Below, piece after piece: positions 41,858 through 58,670 of a stretch of DNA of 64,000 nt. The notes beneath the pieces are model-generated. The model did not search any database. It was not told where the DNA came from and saw nothing but the letters and a program-made list of their open reading frames with translations. This DNA is from the human T2T-CHM13v2.0 reference genome, Homo sapiens. Made by a program: the position numbers and the translations under genes. Location: assembly GCF_009914755.1 (NCBI RefSeq), contig NC_060927.1; one strand, given 5' to 3'. Every line of letters starts with the position of its first letter. Position 1 is the stretch's first letter.

Positions 41858-41861
<4 letters not shown>

Positions 41862-41888
<27 letters not shown>
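41862..41888. repeat. (TC)n microsatellite
   Basis: Seen directly in the sequence. Confidence 0.9.
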
Positions 41889-41889
<1 letters not shown>

Positions 41890-41989
41890 CTTATTCCTAC
41901 TACTCTCTCTCTTCAATATTTTTGAACAACCTCATTTTATACTTTACTGTTTATATCTTCACCTCCTCCTTCTCACTGGTCATAACATT

Positions 41990-42930
41990 CCAGCCTCGCT
42001 TCCATCACTCTCTTGAAACAGATTTTCCTAGGCTCACCAAGGATCATCATGTCACTGAACAAAGTGGACACTGCTCAGTCCATGTGTAATATAATCCTTG
42101 GTGGTGCTTTGTGTAATTAATCACTCCCTCATTCTAAGAACTCTCTTTTCTCTAGGCTTCCACAGCCCTGCACACTCCTGAGTTAGCCTCGCCTTTTTGG
42201 TTATATCCTTTCTGTTTCATGTGTTCAACCTGTCCATTAAATATTTGGAATTCCTCAAGACTGATTCATATATTCTTTTCTTTTTCTCATACCAAATATT
42301 TTCACTGGGAAACTTTCTTTGGCTACTACATATTGCAGATGATTTTCAAATTGATGTCTCCATCCTAGACCCCTTCATAAGTTTATCTCCAATTGGATAT
42401 CTTCAAAACAAAAATTATAATATTGTCCCCTCTCTACCACCTACTGGTCATATTCTATCCTCTCCTACCACAATGGAAGGCCCCACTATGCAAGTCAGTC
42501 ATGACTTGACTAATGGTCAAGTCCATCCTGTCATACAAGCTGGAAACCCTGATGTCCCCTTTTGCTTAACCATCACACCCCACTTCCAATTCATTATAAA
42601 CTTCTATTTTTACCTTATAAGGTTCTGTTAAATCCATCCTCTATTCTCGATTTCCAAGGCCACCATTCTAACCTAAGTCTCTTATCCCTGAAAAAAAAAA
42701 ATCTCTGGCTGATTTTTCTGCCATTCGCTGTAGTCCTCACCTAGTAAGTTTTCCTCACTGCAGACAGATCTAACTTTACATCATGAATCTTGTTATCTTA
42801 CCCATATTCTTAAAATATGGGTAAAATAAATGCAGTCTTTCTACTGCATTCAGAATAAAAAGCAAACTTTAAAGTGATCTATAGGGTGATGCCTGTTCTG
42901 GCCCTTGCCTACATTTTTAGCCCAATTCTA
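41990..42930 (+). mobile_element. L2 fragments
   Basis: CT-rich L2-like motifs (ctcttgaaacagattttccctaggctcaccaaggatcatcatgtcac, ctaggcttccacagcc, cagatgattttcaaatt). Boundaries approximate. Confidence 0.6.
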
Positions 42931-43779
42931 TAACGTTTGTCCCCTTGCCAGCTATACCGCACACAGTACACATACACTTCTCTTTTCTGGGAATGCTAAT
43001 TTATAGAGTCTTCTTTGTTTTCCCATTTAGTTAATAAAGTCATTCCACATTTTATTGTAATGATCCACACTGTGTTGTACACAGATGGCAGAACTTCTTT
43101 TGTCTTTATATGTTGAGATTGATCACTGGGTAATTTCACAACTTTTTTTTTAAATGTCCACACAGTGTTTATTATGTGGTCAGTTGAATTTTGGCATCAT
43201 TCATTCATTTTTAAACCCATATATTTAATAGGCATTGATTAAGCATGAATCAATCAGAATGATTTTGAAGCTCTGACATCAGGAAAAGGAAGTCAGGAGT
43301 TGGATCAGGCTGGGAACTTGATCTTGTTAATGGGTTGGAGATGAAGAAGGCATAAAGTGGCACCACCATTCTTTCACGTTCCATTTATGTCACGGTCTAA
43401 ACACTCATGTTCTAATCACATACAAAGCAAAAGATTCTCACTTTCAGCTTGCTTCCTCTATCATGTTACCATCAGGCTTCATCATCATGAATCAACACAA
43501 TATCTTCAGAAACTTGAAAAGTGTCACTTTTGGAGAATGTCATTGAGACGAGCATTTTCTTCTCCCATACAAGCCCCACTGCAAACCTCGGAGCCAGCTT
43601 AAAGCATAAACAAAATAGAATCCCTGCCTTAAGGCATTCACTTTCTATGTCAAATTCACATCTTTTAAAAACTATGCTAAAATCTCATCAATTACACTTT
43701 AGGAATTTTTTTTTTACAACTTTCTGCTCTTCTTATTAATTTAGTGACACTGTCCTTTTCCAAGTCCATATTGTATCTC

Positions 43780-44260
43780 ACCTGTATCTTAACTCCTCCA
43801 ATTTGTTCTCTTGGCCTACAGTCTCTCCTCTTCAATGTATCCTGCACACTGATGTTATCAGCATTATCTCACTCTATGTCTAATAAAAGATACACTCTTC
43901 CTGCCCTGTTCTCTCAGTATATAATGTCTTTTCACAAACTGTTACCTCTGAACACGATGTTCCCCCTGTCCGAATACTCTCCTTCCTCTTTCTTCTTCAC
44001 TTGTCAAACTCCTACCCACCCTTCAAGATTAAGCCCAAATGTCACACCTGTGTGATACCTTCCCTATATCCCTCAGGCAGGATTAGTCATTCCTTCTTGA
44101 TGTTCCCAGAGTATATCATTATTTCTTATGGATAGTACTGCCATTGAGCTTTTAGTGCTCTTTCACTAGGCTGTGAGCTCTTTAAAGACAAGAACTGTAT
44201 CTTATTCATCATCATGGGGAAAGCACCCTGTCTTACACATAGTTGGTACTCTATCTATAT
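43780..44260 (+). mobile_element. L2 3' fragment
   Basis: aactcctacccacccttcaagattaagcccaaatgtcac and ctaggctgtgagctctttaaagacaagaactgtatcttattcatc. Confidence 0.6.
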
Positions 44261-46257
44261 ACATTGACACAATGTGAAATGGGATATAACAAAATGACCT
44301 ACTATATGACACATTAAACATTTATCTAACTTTCCCTAAAAAGAAAAGGATTTTCTCTAAAGCAGAAAATAAGTAACAACAAAAATTTCAGATAAAAAAT
44401 GCAAAATATCCGTCTGCAGAGAGCTGATACGAGTGTTCATTATTGGGAAACTGAATGGAGAAGAAAGATCACACATAGGTACTGCTTGTGGAAATGTGGC
44501 TGGCTGAGGAGACACCTGGCAAAATGTCTTAGCCAGTTTTCCACTGTGGGAAAATGAAAAGTAAATTTTATCAGGCTCAATTTCAGACAATCATTTGAGC
44601 CTTGAATAATGGAACTGACTAGTAAACCAATTTGTCATTTTTTTTACTAGTAAATTTAAGTTTTCTTTTAAAAGATGACCAATTTAATCAGGTAATGATA
44701 CATCTTTTCAATTAATGAAGAACATATTTCCAGGGACAAATATGACATAGTCCTCAGTGAATGGAACTCTAGCCACACTGCAATATGTACACTTAGTAAA
44801 AAGGTAATACAAACTTACAAAATGGTATAGCACTATACACCATGATTTCATACTGAAAGTTCCCTTTTTGAGTGGGAAAAAAATGTTAAAAGTGGTTTGT
44901 TGAAGTTCTCTTTTCTAGTCAGGACTAGAACTTGGTGCTTTTAATTTTAAGCACACGGTTTCTCCTTTAGATGTTTATAGTGAGTCCCCAAAACATGGAA
45001 CACGGATATTGCAATGACTAGAGTTAAAATATCATTCCCAACTAATGATTTTTTAAAATATAGAAACACGGACAATATATAAGTATTTCTTATAAACTAT
45101 TAATGAATTTTCATTTATCATAAACTACTTAAAAGTTTTATTTTGAGGCTATTACTTATAAGTGTATAAAACCCTTTTTATAAAAGCAGCAGACATAATT
45201 TAACTTAATGAGAATATTATAAAAAGAGTTGTCCTAAAAAATTTTCCAATAAAGCATACAGCCTTTTTAAAAAAGCATTTTTCCTTCCATTCATTATATT
45301 TCCAATGATCACTCTTCTGTTGGCTCCAACAAAACATTAGGGTTATTATAGGAAAAATTAGAATAATAGCTCTGAGTTGAACAAATACATAGGCATTCAT
45401 TTGATGTTTGTACCTTGAAGGCTAGCTTCCATTTCCTTTATCTTTTTTGGACCTGTCATAGGAAATCATTGGTCCAATAACACCCCTTGTTTCCCAAATC
45501 ATCTTGAGAGCACAAATTTTTACTTTACTTACTTTTTGCTTTCTGAAGGTAGTCCCGTATGAACAAACATGAGTGTAAATTAATTATATAAATTTGTCTG
45601 TGGTCTAAAAGACAGAATTATTCACCTTTGAAGCTATCCATATTTGCAGTGTTCTAGAAAGTTAGATCTTTTATTGAATCTGTTCTCTCCTCAGAGCAAA
45701 GTAAACTGGTTCACTAAAAGGTGTGCTGATTGTCCTTTATTCAAAATGAATCCACGCATTCTCAGCTGATTGAAAATATTTTGGTGGTTTCTATCTTCTA
45801 AACCAAATGCTTCTCTTTATTGACAATACTGTGAGTTTTCTCTTTTCTATACATGATAGTAATAACATTAAAGCTGTTTCTTAAGGGTGCATGGAGATAG
45901 TTTTTCTTCATAAAGCCAGAATACATCCTATTACTTCTGGAAAGCACAAACTAGTTATCCACGTGCCTCCTTACTGATTTGCTTTCTTTCCAGTTTCTTC
46001 TCTAGCTAATTCATCATAGATCCCCTAAAATATTACTTTGCACATGTTATACTCTGCCACAAAAAGTTTATGTGATGTTCAGCTTATATATAATCAAGAT
46101 AAATGTCTAAGTTTGGCTTTGCAAGTTCTACAGCATGCATGATTTCTTGTGTATTGCCCTATGCTTACCTGAATTCCCAGGGATAGAAATGGCAAATTTA
46201 AAATCTGATCATTATTACACTCATGCAGATATGTTTAAATTAAGAATCTGTACTACA

Positions 46258-46564
46258 GGCCAGGCCCAGTGGCTCACACCTGTAATCCCAGCACTTTGGG
46301 AGCCTGAGGCAGGAGTTTGAGACACCTGAGGTCAGGAGCTCAAGACCAGCTTGGCCAACATGGTGAAACCCTGTCTCTACTAAAAATACAAAATTTAACT
46401 GGGTGTAGTGGTGCGTGTCTGTAATCCCAGCTATCCGGGAGGCTTAGACAGGAAAATTGCTGGAACCCAGGAGGGGGAGGCTGCAGTGAGCCAAGACCTC
46501 ATCACCGCACTCCAGTCTGGGTGAGAGAGGGAGATTCCATCTCAAAAAAATAAAAAAAATAAAA
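46258..46564 (+). mobile_element. AluSx-like element
   Basis: Full Alu with TSD agaatctgtact(a/g)cag. Confidence 0.93.
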
Positions 46565-46929
46565 CATATGTAGAATCTGTACTGCAGATACCAACATTCT
46601 TCATTTACTATTTGCATATAAACAAAATCACATCTTCTCTCAAGCAATGATAATGCCTTACAGATTAGATACAATGATCATTCTGAGTAATTTAAGACAG
46701 CAATCATTTAGCCCAGCTTAGACTTGACTATTCTTTGGAACTAGTTTCTTAGCAAAGAAATGGTCAAAGATACAGTCTAATTGTAGAAATGTTCAGTTTG
46801 TGCTTTAAAAGTGTAGTGCTACCATGTAATGTCATGCTTGTTGTTTATTGTCCAATGGCAGGGAGCATCATTCATACATATTGGAGGAATGTGGCTTCCT
46901 TTGGAGTGGTGTGATTTGTTATCTGCACA

Positions 46930-49050
<2,121 letters not shown>

Positions 49051-49353
49051 AGATCATTTAGGTTTACTTCTTCAAGTGGCTAGAGCCACTAGTGGTTCTT
49101 CCTCCACCTGAAGCAGACTTTTTTTTTCTGGACCATGCAGGTAACATTGATTTGAGTTGCAATTCAGCCTGTTGGCTGACTCGTATGTGCCAGATCCCGG
49201 GGATAGGTATATTTGTTTTGTTCTTTTATCTTGCTTCATTGAGTGTCAGGGCAATTTTTCTTGCAATTTTGTTATGATTTGGCAGAGGGAAGGCGACAGT
49301 TGACTGCTATTATAGCCTTTGGAGTCCCAACTTTATATAACAAGTGTACATAA

Positions 49354-49763
<410 letters not shown>

Positions 49764-50393
49764 TAATTCTTATACTTAGAGCACTTTCCCACCTGAAAAG
49801 TCTGTAATTCCATATTTAACTGTGAATTTTATTGTGAACCTCTACTTGGAAAACGTGTGGGAACTTGGGCTTTTAAGAATTGAAGAGGACATTGCAGTTC
49901 TTTTAGTAGAATGACAGTTTTACATTTTTACATTTTTTGATATTCTAGTTATACATGTATTAATTTTCCACATAGTCACAAAGGACCTCAAGGTGAAAGG
50001 TTTTCTCTTAAATCTCTGTTCTCATCAGTAGACTACCTGGTGCCTAGCATATATGTATTTTGGTTTATTGAAATTTGGCAGTCTTCATTTCCTAAAGATA
50101 TATTTTCATTCCTTGAGAAAGAGAAAACACCAGAGTCAATTTCAAAAGCCCCAAATATGTCTCAATTAGCTTTTAGGAAGTTTGCTTTGATTAGTAAGAA
50201 TGCAGAAGTAACTTGACATTTACTTTAATCAGAGAAAATGATACACTTTTAACATCGGTTCTGAATTCTTCTCTAATACTTTGAAAGGATTCATCTGAAT
50301 CTTTCTTAATTTCCACTTTGTAAGTGTAGCCCATGCTTATATCTATGTGTCTCTCTTCTATGTATCCCACTCAACCCTGCAGTGAAACCCAAA

Positions 50394-50425
50394 ACACACA
50401 CACATACACACACACAAGTACACAC
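50394..50425. repeat. Imperfect (CA)n
   Basis: Seen directly in the sequence. Confidence 0.8.
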
Positions 50426-51530
50426 GAAAACATAAAATGAGACTATTTTCTACTTAAAACCAGAAGAATCCTATCTGGGTCAAATCTGTTGTTTCAAAGG
50501 TCATAAAAATTTCTGGAATGTGAAAATGTAGATGAAAGGCAGCATAGGTAAGCAGACTGGAGTTTAGGGACTTAAAATTTTAATGCCAGTTATTTGTGTC
50601 CCCTAAAATAATGACTAATCTGCCTCTATTAGCAGGGAATTGAAATACCATGGGGTGTTTCAGGAATAATGAATAAAAATTGGTAAGTAGTTTATTTTTG
50701 CAAGTATTCTCTAAACCCTGAAATATATAGATCATCTGAATGATATACTTAATATGCATGTCATAGTATGCCCTAAATATTTTTTATCAGTTTATAATTT
50801 TTGTTTTCTAGCCAAATACAATGTGATAAAAATTGCCACTGGGTACACGGCCTACTACAGAAGAGTTTCATGGTAGAGAACATTTGTGAAAATTACCAGG
50901 TTGAATGATATGAACTTTGGGAAGCTGGGAGAAAAGTCTGACCTTTGAAGAACTTATCCTAATAGAATATTTAGAGCAATGCTCCATAGGGTTCAGTAAA
51001 AATCAATACCAAACTCCACTGCAAGTCCTTTATCCCCAGTGGCAACCTATTTCTAAATGTGAGAGAAAGATAGAGTAATCCAGTTACCCAATGATTGCAC
51101 TGTTCTCAATTCTCAAGAAACACTCAAATATATATATATTTTTACTTTGCTTTAGAGCTTTTTAATCCATCTTGAGTACTAATGGCCCTTAATGCAGTGT
51201 AAGAGAATGCAACATCTTGGCTTCTTAGCAACTAAAAGTTGCTGGTAAATTTAGTCTCTAAAAGATTATCTAGTTTTGAGAAGTAAAAAAGGTCAATTTA
51301 ACTTACTTAAAATTTGATTAGATATAAATTAACTTATGTGCTCTGTCACTTTTTTGTTAAATGTTTTATTTTCAGAATCAAAGAAAAGTAATAATAATAA
51401 AACATGTCTTAAATTCTTGTAACCATAATAATTATCAGATCCTCAGAGAATGGATTAATGATGAGAGTACGTGAGGTACTATTCTGAATGAAAGTTTAGA
51501 ACTTGCAGGTATATTAATGTTTCCTTCCTC

Positions 51531-52242
51531 TTTCTTTTTTTTTTTTTTTGCTTTCTATTTTTTTTATTATTATACTTTAAGTTCTAGGGTACATGTGCAC
51601 AATGTGCAGGTTTGTTACATACGCATACATGTGCCATGTTGGTGTGCTGCACCCATTAACTCATCATTTACATTGGGTATATCTCCTAATGCTTTCACTC
51701 CCCCTTCCCCCAACCCCACAACAGGCCCCAGTATGTGATGTTCCCCTTCCTGTGTCCAAGTGTTCTCATTGTTCAATTCCCGCCTATGAGTGAGAACATG
51801 CGGTGTTTGGTTTTTGTTCTTGCGATAGTTTACTGAGAATGATGGTTTCCATCTTCATCCATGTCCCTACAAAGGACATGAACTCATCATTTTTTATGGC
51901 TGCATAGTATTCCATGGGGTATATGTGCCACATTTTCTTAATCCAGTCTACCATTGATGGACATTTGGGTTGGTTCCAAGTCTTTGCTATTGTGAATAGT
52001 GCTGCAATAAACATACGTGTGCATGTGCCTTTATAGCAGCATGATTTATAATCCTTTGGGTATACACCCAGTAATGGGATGGCTGGGTCAAATGGTATTT
52101 CTAGTTCTAGATCCTTGAGGAATCGCCACACTGTCTTCCATAATGGTTGAACTAGTTCACAGTCCCACCAACAGTGCAAAAGTGTTCCTATTTCTCCACA
52201 TCCTCTCCAGCACCTGTTGTTTCCTTACTTTTTAATGATCGC
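51531..52242 (-). mobile_element. L1PA (L1PA4/5-like) 5'-truncated 3' end
   Basis: ttattattatactttaagttctagggtacatgtgcac terminus. ORF 51784-52179 is the L1 ORF2 C-terminus (HCWWDC...PFDPAIPLLG...MEYYAAIK). Confidence 0.96.
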
Positions 52243-53309
52243 AGATTAGTCCAATAATTAAAGAACCTGGGTCAGTTAAATGTCTAACTTTATTCTCCAC
52301 CTAGATTCAATAAATCAAATGTGTGTGGCCTTATACACACCACTGGGAGGGAGACTTAGACAAATCCTGACCTTGAGGATATAATAAAAAGGACATGGAT
52401 ACAATGACTTACACAGGTTAGAAAGTGATCATGACTGCAAAAAAAGTTTCTGCAAATGTCTCAAGAGTTTACTGATGATGGCATGCTTCTAGGGATGCCA
52501 TAACGGTGGTTTCAAATGTTAAAAAAGTCCCAGAAAGATAGAACAGAGAGTGCTGTGTAAGTACAACAAGTAACGCAAAAAATTCACAGAACTGGAAAAA
52601 TGCAGTTTGGAAAGACAATGCATGTCTTCTGGTTTTGAGTGGAAGGTGGTGCCTGGTGAAGAGTGGTTAAATAACAAGCCAAAATGAGAAATTTCTTTAT
52701 TACTCTAATAAGTTGATGAATGTGATTTCTCTTCTGTCCTTCAAATTCCAATTCTCAGTTTTTAGAGAAGTAGTATCTGTGGACTTCAACTCACTAGAAG
52801 GTAAGATGGCAATCATAATAGGTTTACTCTTTCTTTTTTAAGGGTAGCCTTGATGGAGAATATAATCCATTCTTTCACTTTTCAAGACGTTCTTCACCAA
52901 AAGTAGGGAAGTGCTTATTTTAGTATCAATCGAAACATTAAATAAAAATAGTCAGTATTTTGTAGAGCTCAGGCATCTCCCATGAGTAAACCATTAGAAA
53001 GTGAAAGAACACATGAGTGTCTGCTGTAGGGTTCAGGTTAGGCATTGGCATCAGAGAGAGGAAGAAGACTTGTAAACGACTCGCACTGGGCAGATTTTTC
53101 AGGGAAATCCTGGACTTGGGGGATGACAACGTTAAAACTGGCCTCTTTTTACTTTGCAACAACGGGAGGCTGCCTGAGAAGCCAGTGTCTATTGTGTCCT
53201 CTCTGTGAAAGTAACAATACGTGGGCTTTATCTGTATTGCAAAGCACAAAGAGACGGTGAGAAGCTTACCAGTAGGTAACTGCCAAAAACAAACTTCACG
53301 AGAATATTG

Positions 53310-53800
53310 TGAGTATAACGAAAAGGACATTGGACTTGGATTGAAAAACAAAATACATGTAAATGGCAATCTGTTTAAGTTTGGATGACAGATCCGTCCT
53401 TAGCTATGTGACCTTGAGCCAACTCTGAATCTTCTCAGCTTCAGTTTCCTTCTCTTTCAAATAGGGATAATAATGTTTGCCAAATCTATTTCAAAGGGTA
53501 TTGTGAAGGTCAAAAAAGATAATGGGTGTAGAATGGTTCAAAAATCATCACTTGCTAAAATGAATAATTAGTTTACAATTATTTCAATGGGGTCTTATAT
53601 GTGAATCTACAGAATTACCTTACCTGTATGATTGTGATGTGGGCAACTTTCTTAAATTATCATTCTTCAGTTTCCTTATTGGAAAAATTAGAATAATAGT
53701 CTCTATTTCTAAGGTTGTTATGAGAATTATATGAATTAAAAATTATACAATGCTTGAACAATATTGTGCATATAATACACCCCATTTAAGTATCTGTTTA
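53310..53800 (+). mobile_element. Two adjacent MIR fragments
   Basis: MIR cores tagctatgtgaccttgagc...tcagtttccttctctttcaaatagggataataat and tgggcaactttcttaa...tcagtttccttattggaaaaattagaataatagt. Confidence 0.75.
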
Positions 53801-53867
53801 ATTATTTATCAACCTATGAGTATTTTGAACAGGATTTTAAATATTGAAAGAACCTAATAAACTAGAA

Positions 53868-54057
53868 AATCAATGTTTAAAATGTAGATTAGGCTTCTTG
53901 GAGGAGAAACACCTGGGGAATTTTTGCCTTATGCATATTTCCAGGAATGACCACAGACCAAATAAGTCAAGATTCCTTGAGGCTAGGACCTTGGGAATCT
54001 GCATTTTGTTTTATTTCTCGGGTAGTTCTTATTCCCAGCAAAGTTCTAGAACCATTG
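53868..54057. mobile_element. MER5-family relic
   Basis: acacctggggaatttt...ttgggaatctgcatttt...caaagttctagaaccattg. Confidence 0.55.
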
Positions 54058-54094
54058 AGCTAGAATCTATTTTGAACTTTTATCCACTCACAAT

Positions 54095-54536
54095 TGGCAT
54101 GGTTTGAATCTGTGTCTCCACCAAATCTCATGTGGAATTTTAATCCCCAGTGTTGGAGGTGGAGCCTAGTGGGTGGTAATTTGATCATGGGGGCAGTTTC
54201 TCATTAATGGTTTAGCATCATTGCCTTGGTGCTGTTCATGTGATAGTGAGTGAGTTATCACAAAATCTGTTTGTTTGTTTGTTTGTTTGTTTTTTAAGTG
54301 TGTAGCATCTCCCCCTTTCTCTCTCTTTCTCCTGCTCCCAGCCATGTGAAGTGCTGGCTCCCCCTTCATTTTGTGCTGTCATTGTAAGTTTCCTGAGGCC
54401 TCCCCAGAAGCCAAGCAGATGCCAGCATCATGCTTCCTGTACAGCCTGCAGAACCATGAGCCAATTAAACTTCTTTTCTTATAAATTACCCAGTCTCAGT
54501 TATTTCTTTATAGCAGTGTGAGAATGGACTAATACA
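54095..54536 (+). mobile_element. MSTA MaLR solo LTR
   Basis: tggcatggtttgaatctgtgtctccaccaaatctcatg...gagaatggactaataca. TSD acaat/acaaa, with an internal (TTTG)n. Confidence 0.92.
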
Positions 54537-57411
54537 ACAAATATGCATTTTTTCCTGCTGAAAATGCATTGGGACTATTGATTGATTAATTTGACAAATA
54601 TTTAAAATGTACAGATTATATGGCAAGCACGATTCTAAATGCTTTTGGTATTTTGATTTATTCTTTCACTTGTCAGTTATGCTTTCATGCCCTAAGTAAT
54701 TAAGGTATATGAAAGAGTTATAGCCTCTCTACAGAGTCCAGTATAGGTGTATTAAAGGCAGGAAAAAACAGAATGAGAGGCAAATTTGAGCTAAGGAGTA
54801 AAAGTGATATAAAGAGGAATGATGCAATAGTGTGCAGGTAAACAGACTCTTCAAAAACAAAGTCCTGATCTGTGCTATTTTCCAATTTCTATGATATAAA
54901 TAAGCCCAGCAAAGCCAGTTTTAGCTACTCAAAGTTTTTCAACTAACTGGTAAATGCCTGAATATTTAGCAATTGTCTCTCACTAGTTAGTCTCTGGCTT
55001 CATGGAATGTTCCTTCATGAATAAAAATGTACCATTATATAAACTAAGAACAAGAATAACTATTGCAAGGGATATTATTTTAAAATGTCAGGAGGGTGTA
55101 GAAGAAAGAACTTTCAGTTATAATTGAGGTGTTCACAGGACAAGATAGGCAGGAAGCCCAGGATTTGCCTCTATTATTTCCGGGCTTCCTCCGCAGCTTA
55201 ATTTTACCTCTTTATAACTCTCATTCCTTTCGTTTCTTCTTTTCATTCATTAATTTTTTAGGCTCCTGTTTTTGTTTTGGGTTTTGGTTTTTTGTTTTTT
55301 TTTAACATTTAATGGAGGTGACCACATAGAGATCATTGACTACAAGAGCATATTTTAACTCAGTGACAGTGCATCCAATAGGTCTTTAATAACCAAAGTG
55401 ATTCAACATTTCATTTTATTAGAGTCACTGTAATTTATTCCAGATACACTCACAGTATTCACAGAAGCAAAAAGTCCCTGATGTCCAGCATTTCTGGGCT
55501 GCCATATGCTTCTTCTCTCTTCCATGTTAAAATGTAAGAAAAGAGCCACCTTCATGGCCAGTTCATACAAAATAACCCATACGAAGGTTTCACTAAATTC
55601 CCATCACATCACCAAAACTAAGTGGTGTATATAGGACCATGTTCACAAAATAGTCAAATTTCTCAGTAAGATTTCAAGACATATTACTACTTATTTCCCA
55701 TGTTGGCGATGCCCTGTAGGAATATGCCTGTTCAAATGCATTCCATACCTAAAAATAAGGTAAAATACATATGTCATTTGATCTTTTAGACTTAAAGAAT
55801 AATCTCACTTGCTCCCCTATTATCTTACCATGCTCTTAGTAACAAAAATGTATGTACTAAAATCAATACTTTTAGTACTGAAGGCTAATTTCCAATTAGA
55901 ATGCCTTTTAATTTTAAATCTGGCAAATATGAGGGAAATAGGAGAAAATACAAAGACATTTCAATTCTGAAATCTGCCGTTTTAAAGCACCAACAATGCT
56001 GTGAATTTTAAATCAGTGTTCTAGGCAAATTCTCTTCACATTTTCATAACAAATATTTTTGTAAGGCCCTTGGAAAACTTCCAGCCCATCTGTTTCTACT
56101 GAGTTTTTAATCAGCCATGATTTCCTGTAAAATGTATCACAAGCCTGACTGTCTATCTGAAAGGGGCACATTTGATGTAAATACCGTATAATATAGAAAT
56201 TAATAACTTCAGTTGTCTTTATAGTTTATTAAAAATGACTTAATGTCTCATTTATCAATACAAGCAACATCTTGATTTGTTTGCTTTTTTAGGATTCTTT
56301 ATTAGGTATTAGAAACCTTTACTGTTGAGATGTAGAATATTTCAGAAAACTGTTTCACATTTTGGTATGATTAGATGTACAATATTCATCCTTTCAGCCT
56401 AATACTCAGATTCTTTCATTCTTAGTCAGAAACCATTGCTTAATAACTAGTCCTGAACACCACATCAAGATTTAATGAAACAGCAGAAACAAAGATCATG
56501 AAGTAAAATTGTTCATAATCTTTCCCTAATTAATCTGGGTCTTTTCCATTGTTCCTACCTGTTCTCTCATTTAAGCTTCAATAGTTTTCATGTCAATGAT
56601 TGGGATTACTACCTACAGATTGTCTGTCTCCATATTCTCCTCCCCTTAACCCCACATAACACCCCCACACTAGGCTAAAACACAGCTTTTGGTCATGTTT
56701 TTCCAGGTACAAATGGCTTCAAACTCTTCCATTTGGCAACAGAGCAAGGTTCCATCTCTCTGACTTGACTTCAATGTCATAGCTTTGTTGTAGACTGGAC
56801 TATTTACAATTTTATAAACATTTCCTTTACTTAACAGTTGTTAGTGATTTTTCTTAACTAGAAATGCTTGCTCCTGATCTCCCTTATCTCCTCAACTTCT
56901 CCATTTTTATATAGTGAAATCCTACCTAATTTGCAAATGATTATTCCAGTACTTCCATGACATCTTTGTAGATGCTTCTTCATTCCTTACAACATATGTT
57001 ACATTTTACCTTACGTGACATCAACTTTATTCTTACTTCTCTCACACTATGTGGAGTGTTTTGTGTTATGGTTATTTGTGTTGTAAACTATAAAACTCTG
57101 GAGGACAGAAATCTACCTTCATTGTTTTTGTATAAAACACAATACCATGAAGCATAGTGTTCGTTTATGTATTTGTCTGTTAAAGGTGAGTTGAGAACTT
57201 CCAGAGTCAGCTATAGTGCCAGGCCATGGGAGTAGAAAGGGCAAGTTGCCAAGGTAATAAGAATTCATAGGCTCTGTAATCAACTAGTCATGGTCTCAAA
57301 TTCTGATTCCACTACTTACTATCCATTTGTTTTAGGCCTCCCTCTTTGAGCCTTTTGGTGAGAGTTTGGAACAACAGTAATCTCAAAAGGTCCAAATGTA
57401 TTGAAATGTTT

Positions 57412-57728
<317 letters not shown>

Positions 57729-58327
57729 TTAAGAATTTCTAGTATTTACTATTTGGTAACTACACATAAGCTTTTTTTTCATTGTTCCTTTTTTGAATCT
57801 ATTTAGATTGTATACATCTTGTCAGTGAAGGCAAAGACAAAGGCACAGCTAGAAAGTAAAATGACAGCTGCCATAACAGACATAGGTACAACATGATTTG
57901 GAATCCGAATTTTTAAATTCTGATCTGGAATAGTGAAAGTTTTACACTGAGTTACATACAAGCCATATAATATAATTAGAAGTTTACAAGACAGTAAAGC
58001 TCAGTTCATGACATGGATAGAAGGTAGGGTGGAGACTTAATATTCAAGCTCAAGGAAAAACTTGAACAAGCTAATGTGGAAATAATAAGGATGTTTTAGA
58101 GGACTGCAATCAATTCTTTACATCTAGAATAGAGTTCTAGAACTTAGATGGGTGTCAAGGGCTCATAGAATAGAACAGCTAGGCCATGGAAGGTAAGGAC
58201 CAGCACTTCATGTGCATCTGTTTGCTTGGGGCATACATTCCTTTTCGCACACTTTCTAAGTTATTTTAAATTACAAATAAAAAATCAAAATTCAAACACA
58301 AAATATATAAAATGAAAATTGAATTAA

Positions 58328-58670
<343 letters not shown>

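Noticed and set aside
42798-42824. 11-bp-arm hairpin ttacccatatt/aatatgggtaa
   Set aside because: Short, AT-rich and inside decayed L2. Not distinguishable from chance or local template switching.
52938-53369. 143-aa minus-strand ORF
   Set aside because: Non-ATG start, partial overlap with a MIR, and no recognisable domain.
55151-55190. GC-rich hairpin aggaagccc...gggcttcct as a small RNA or terminator
   Set aside because: The stem is too short for a pre-miRNA, there are no Pol III or snoRNA boxes, and intrinsic terminators do not apply in this genome.
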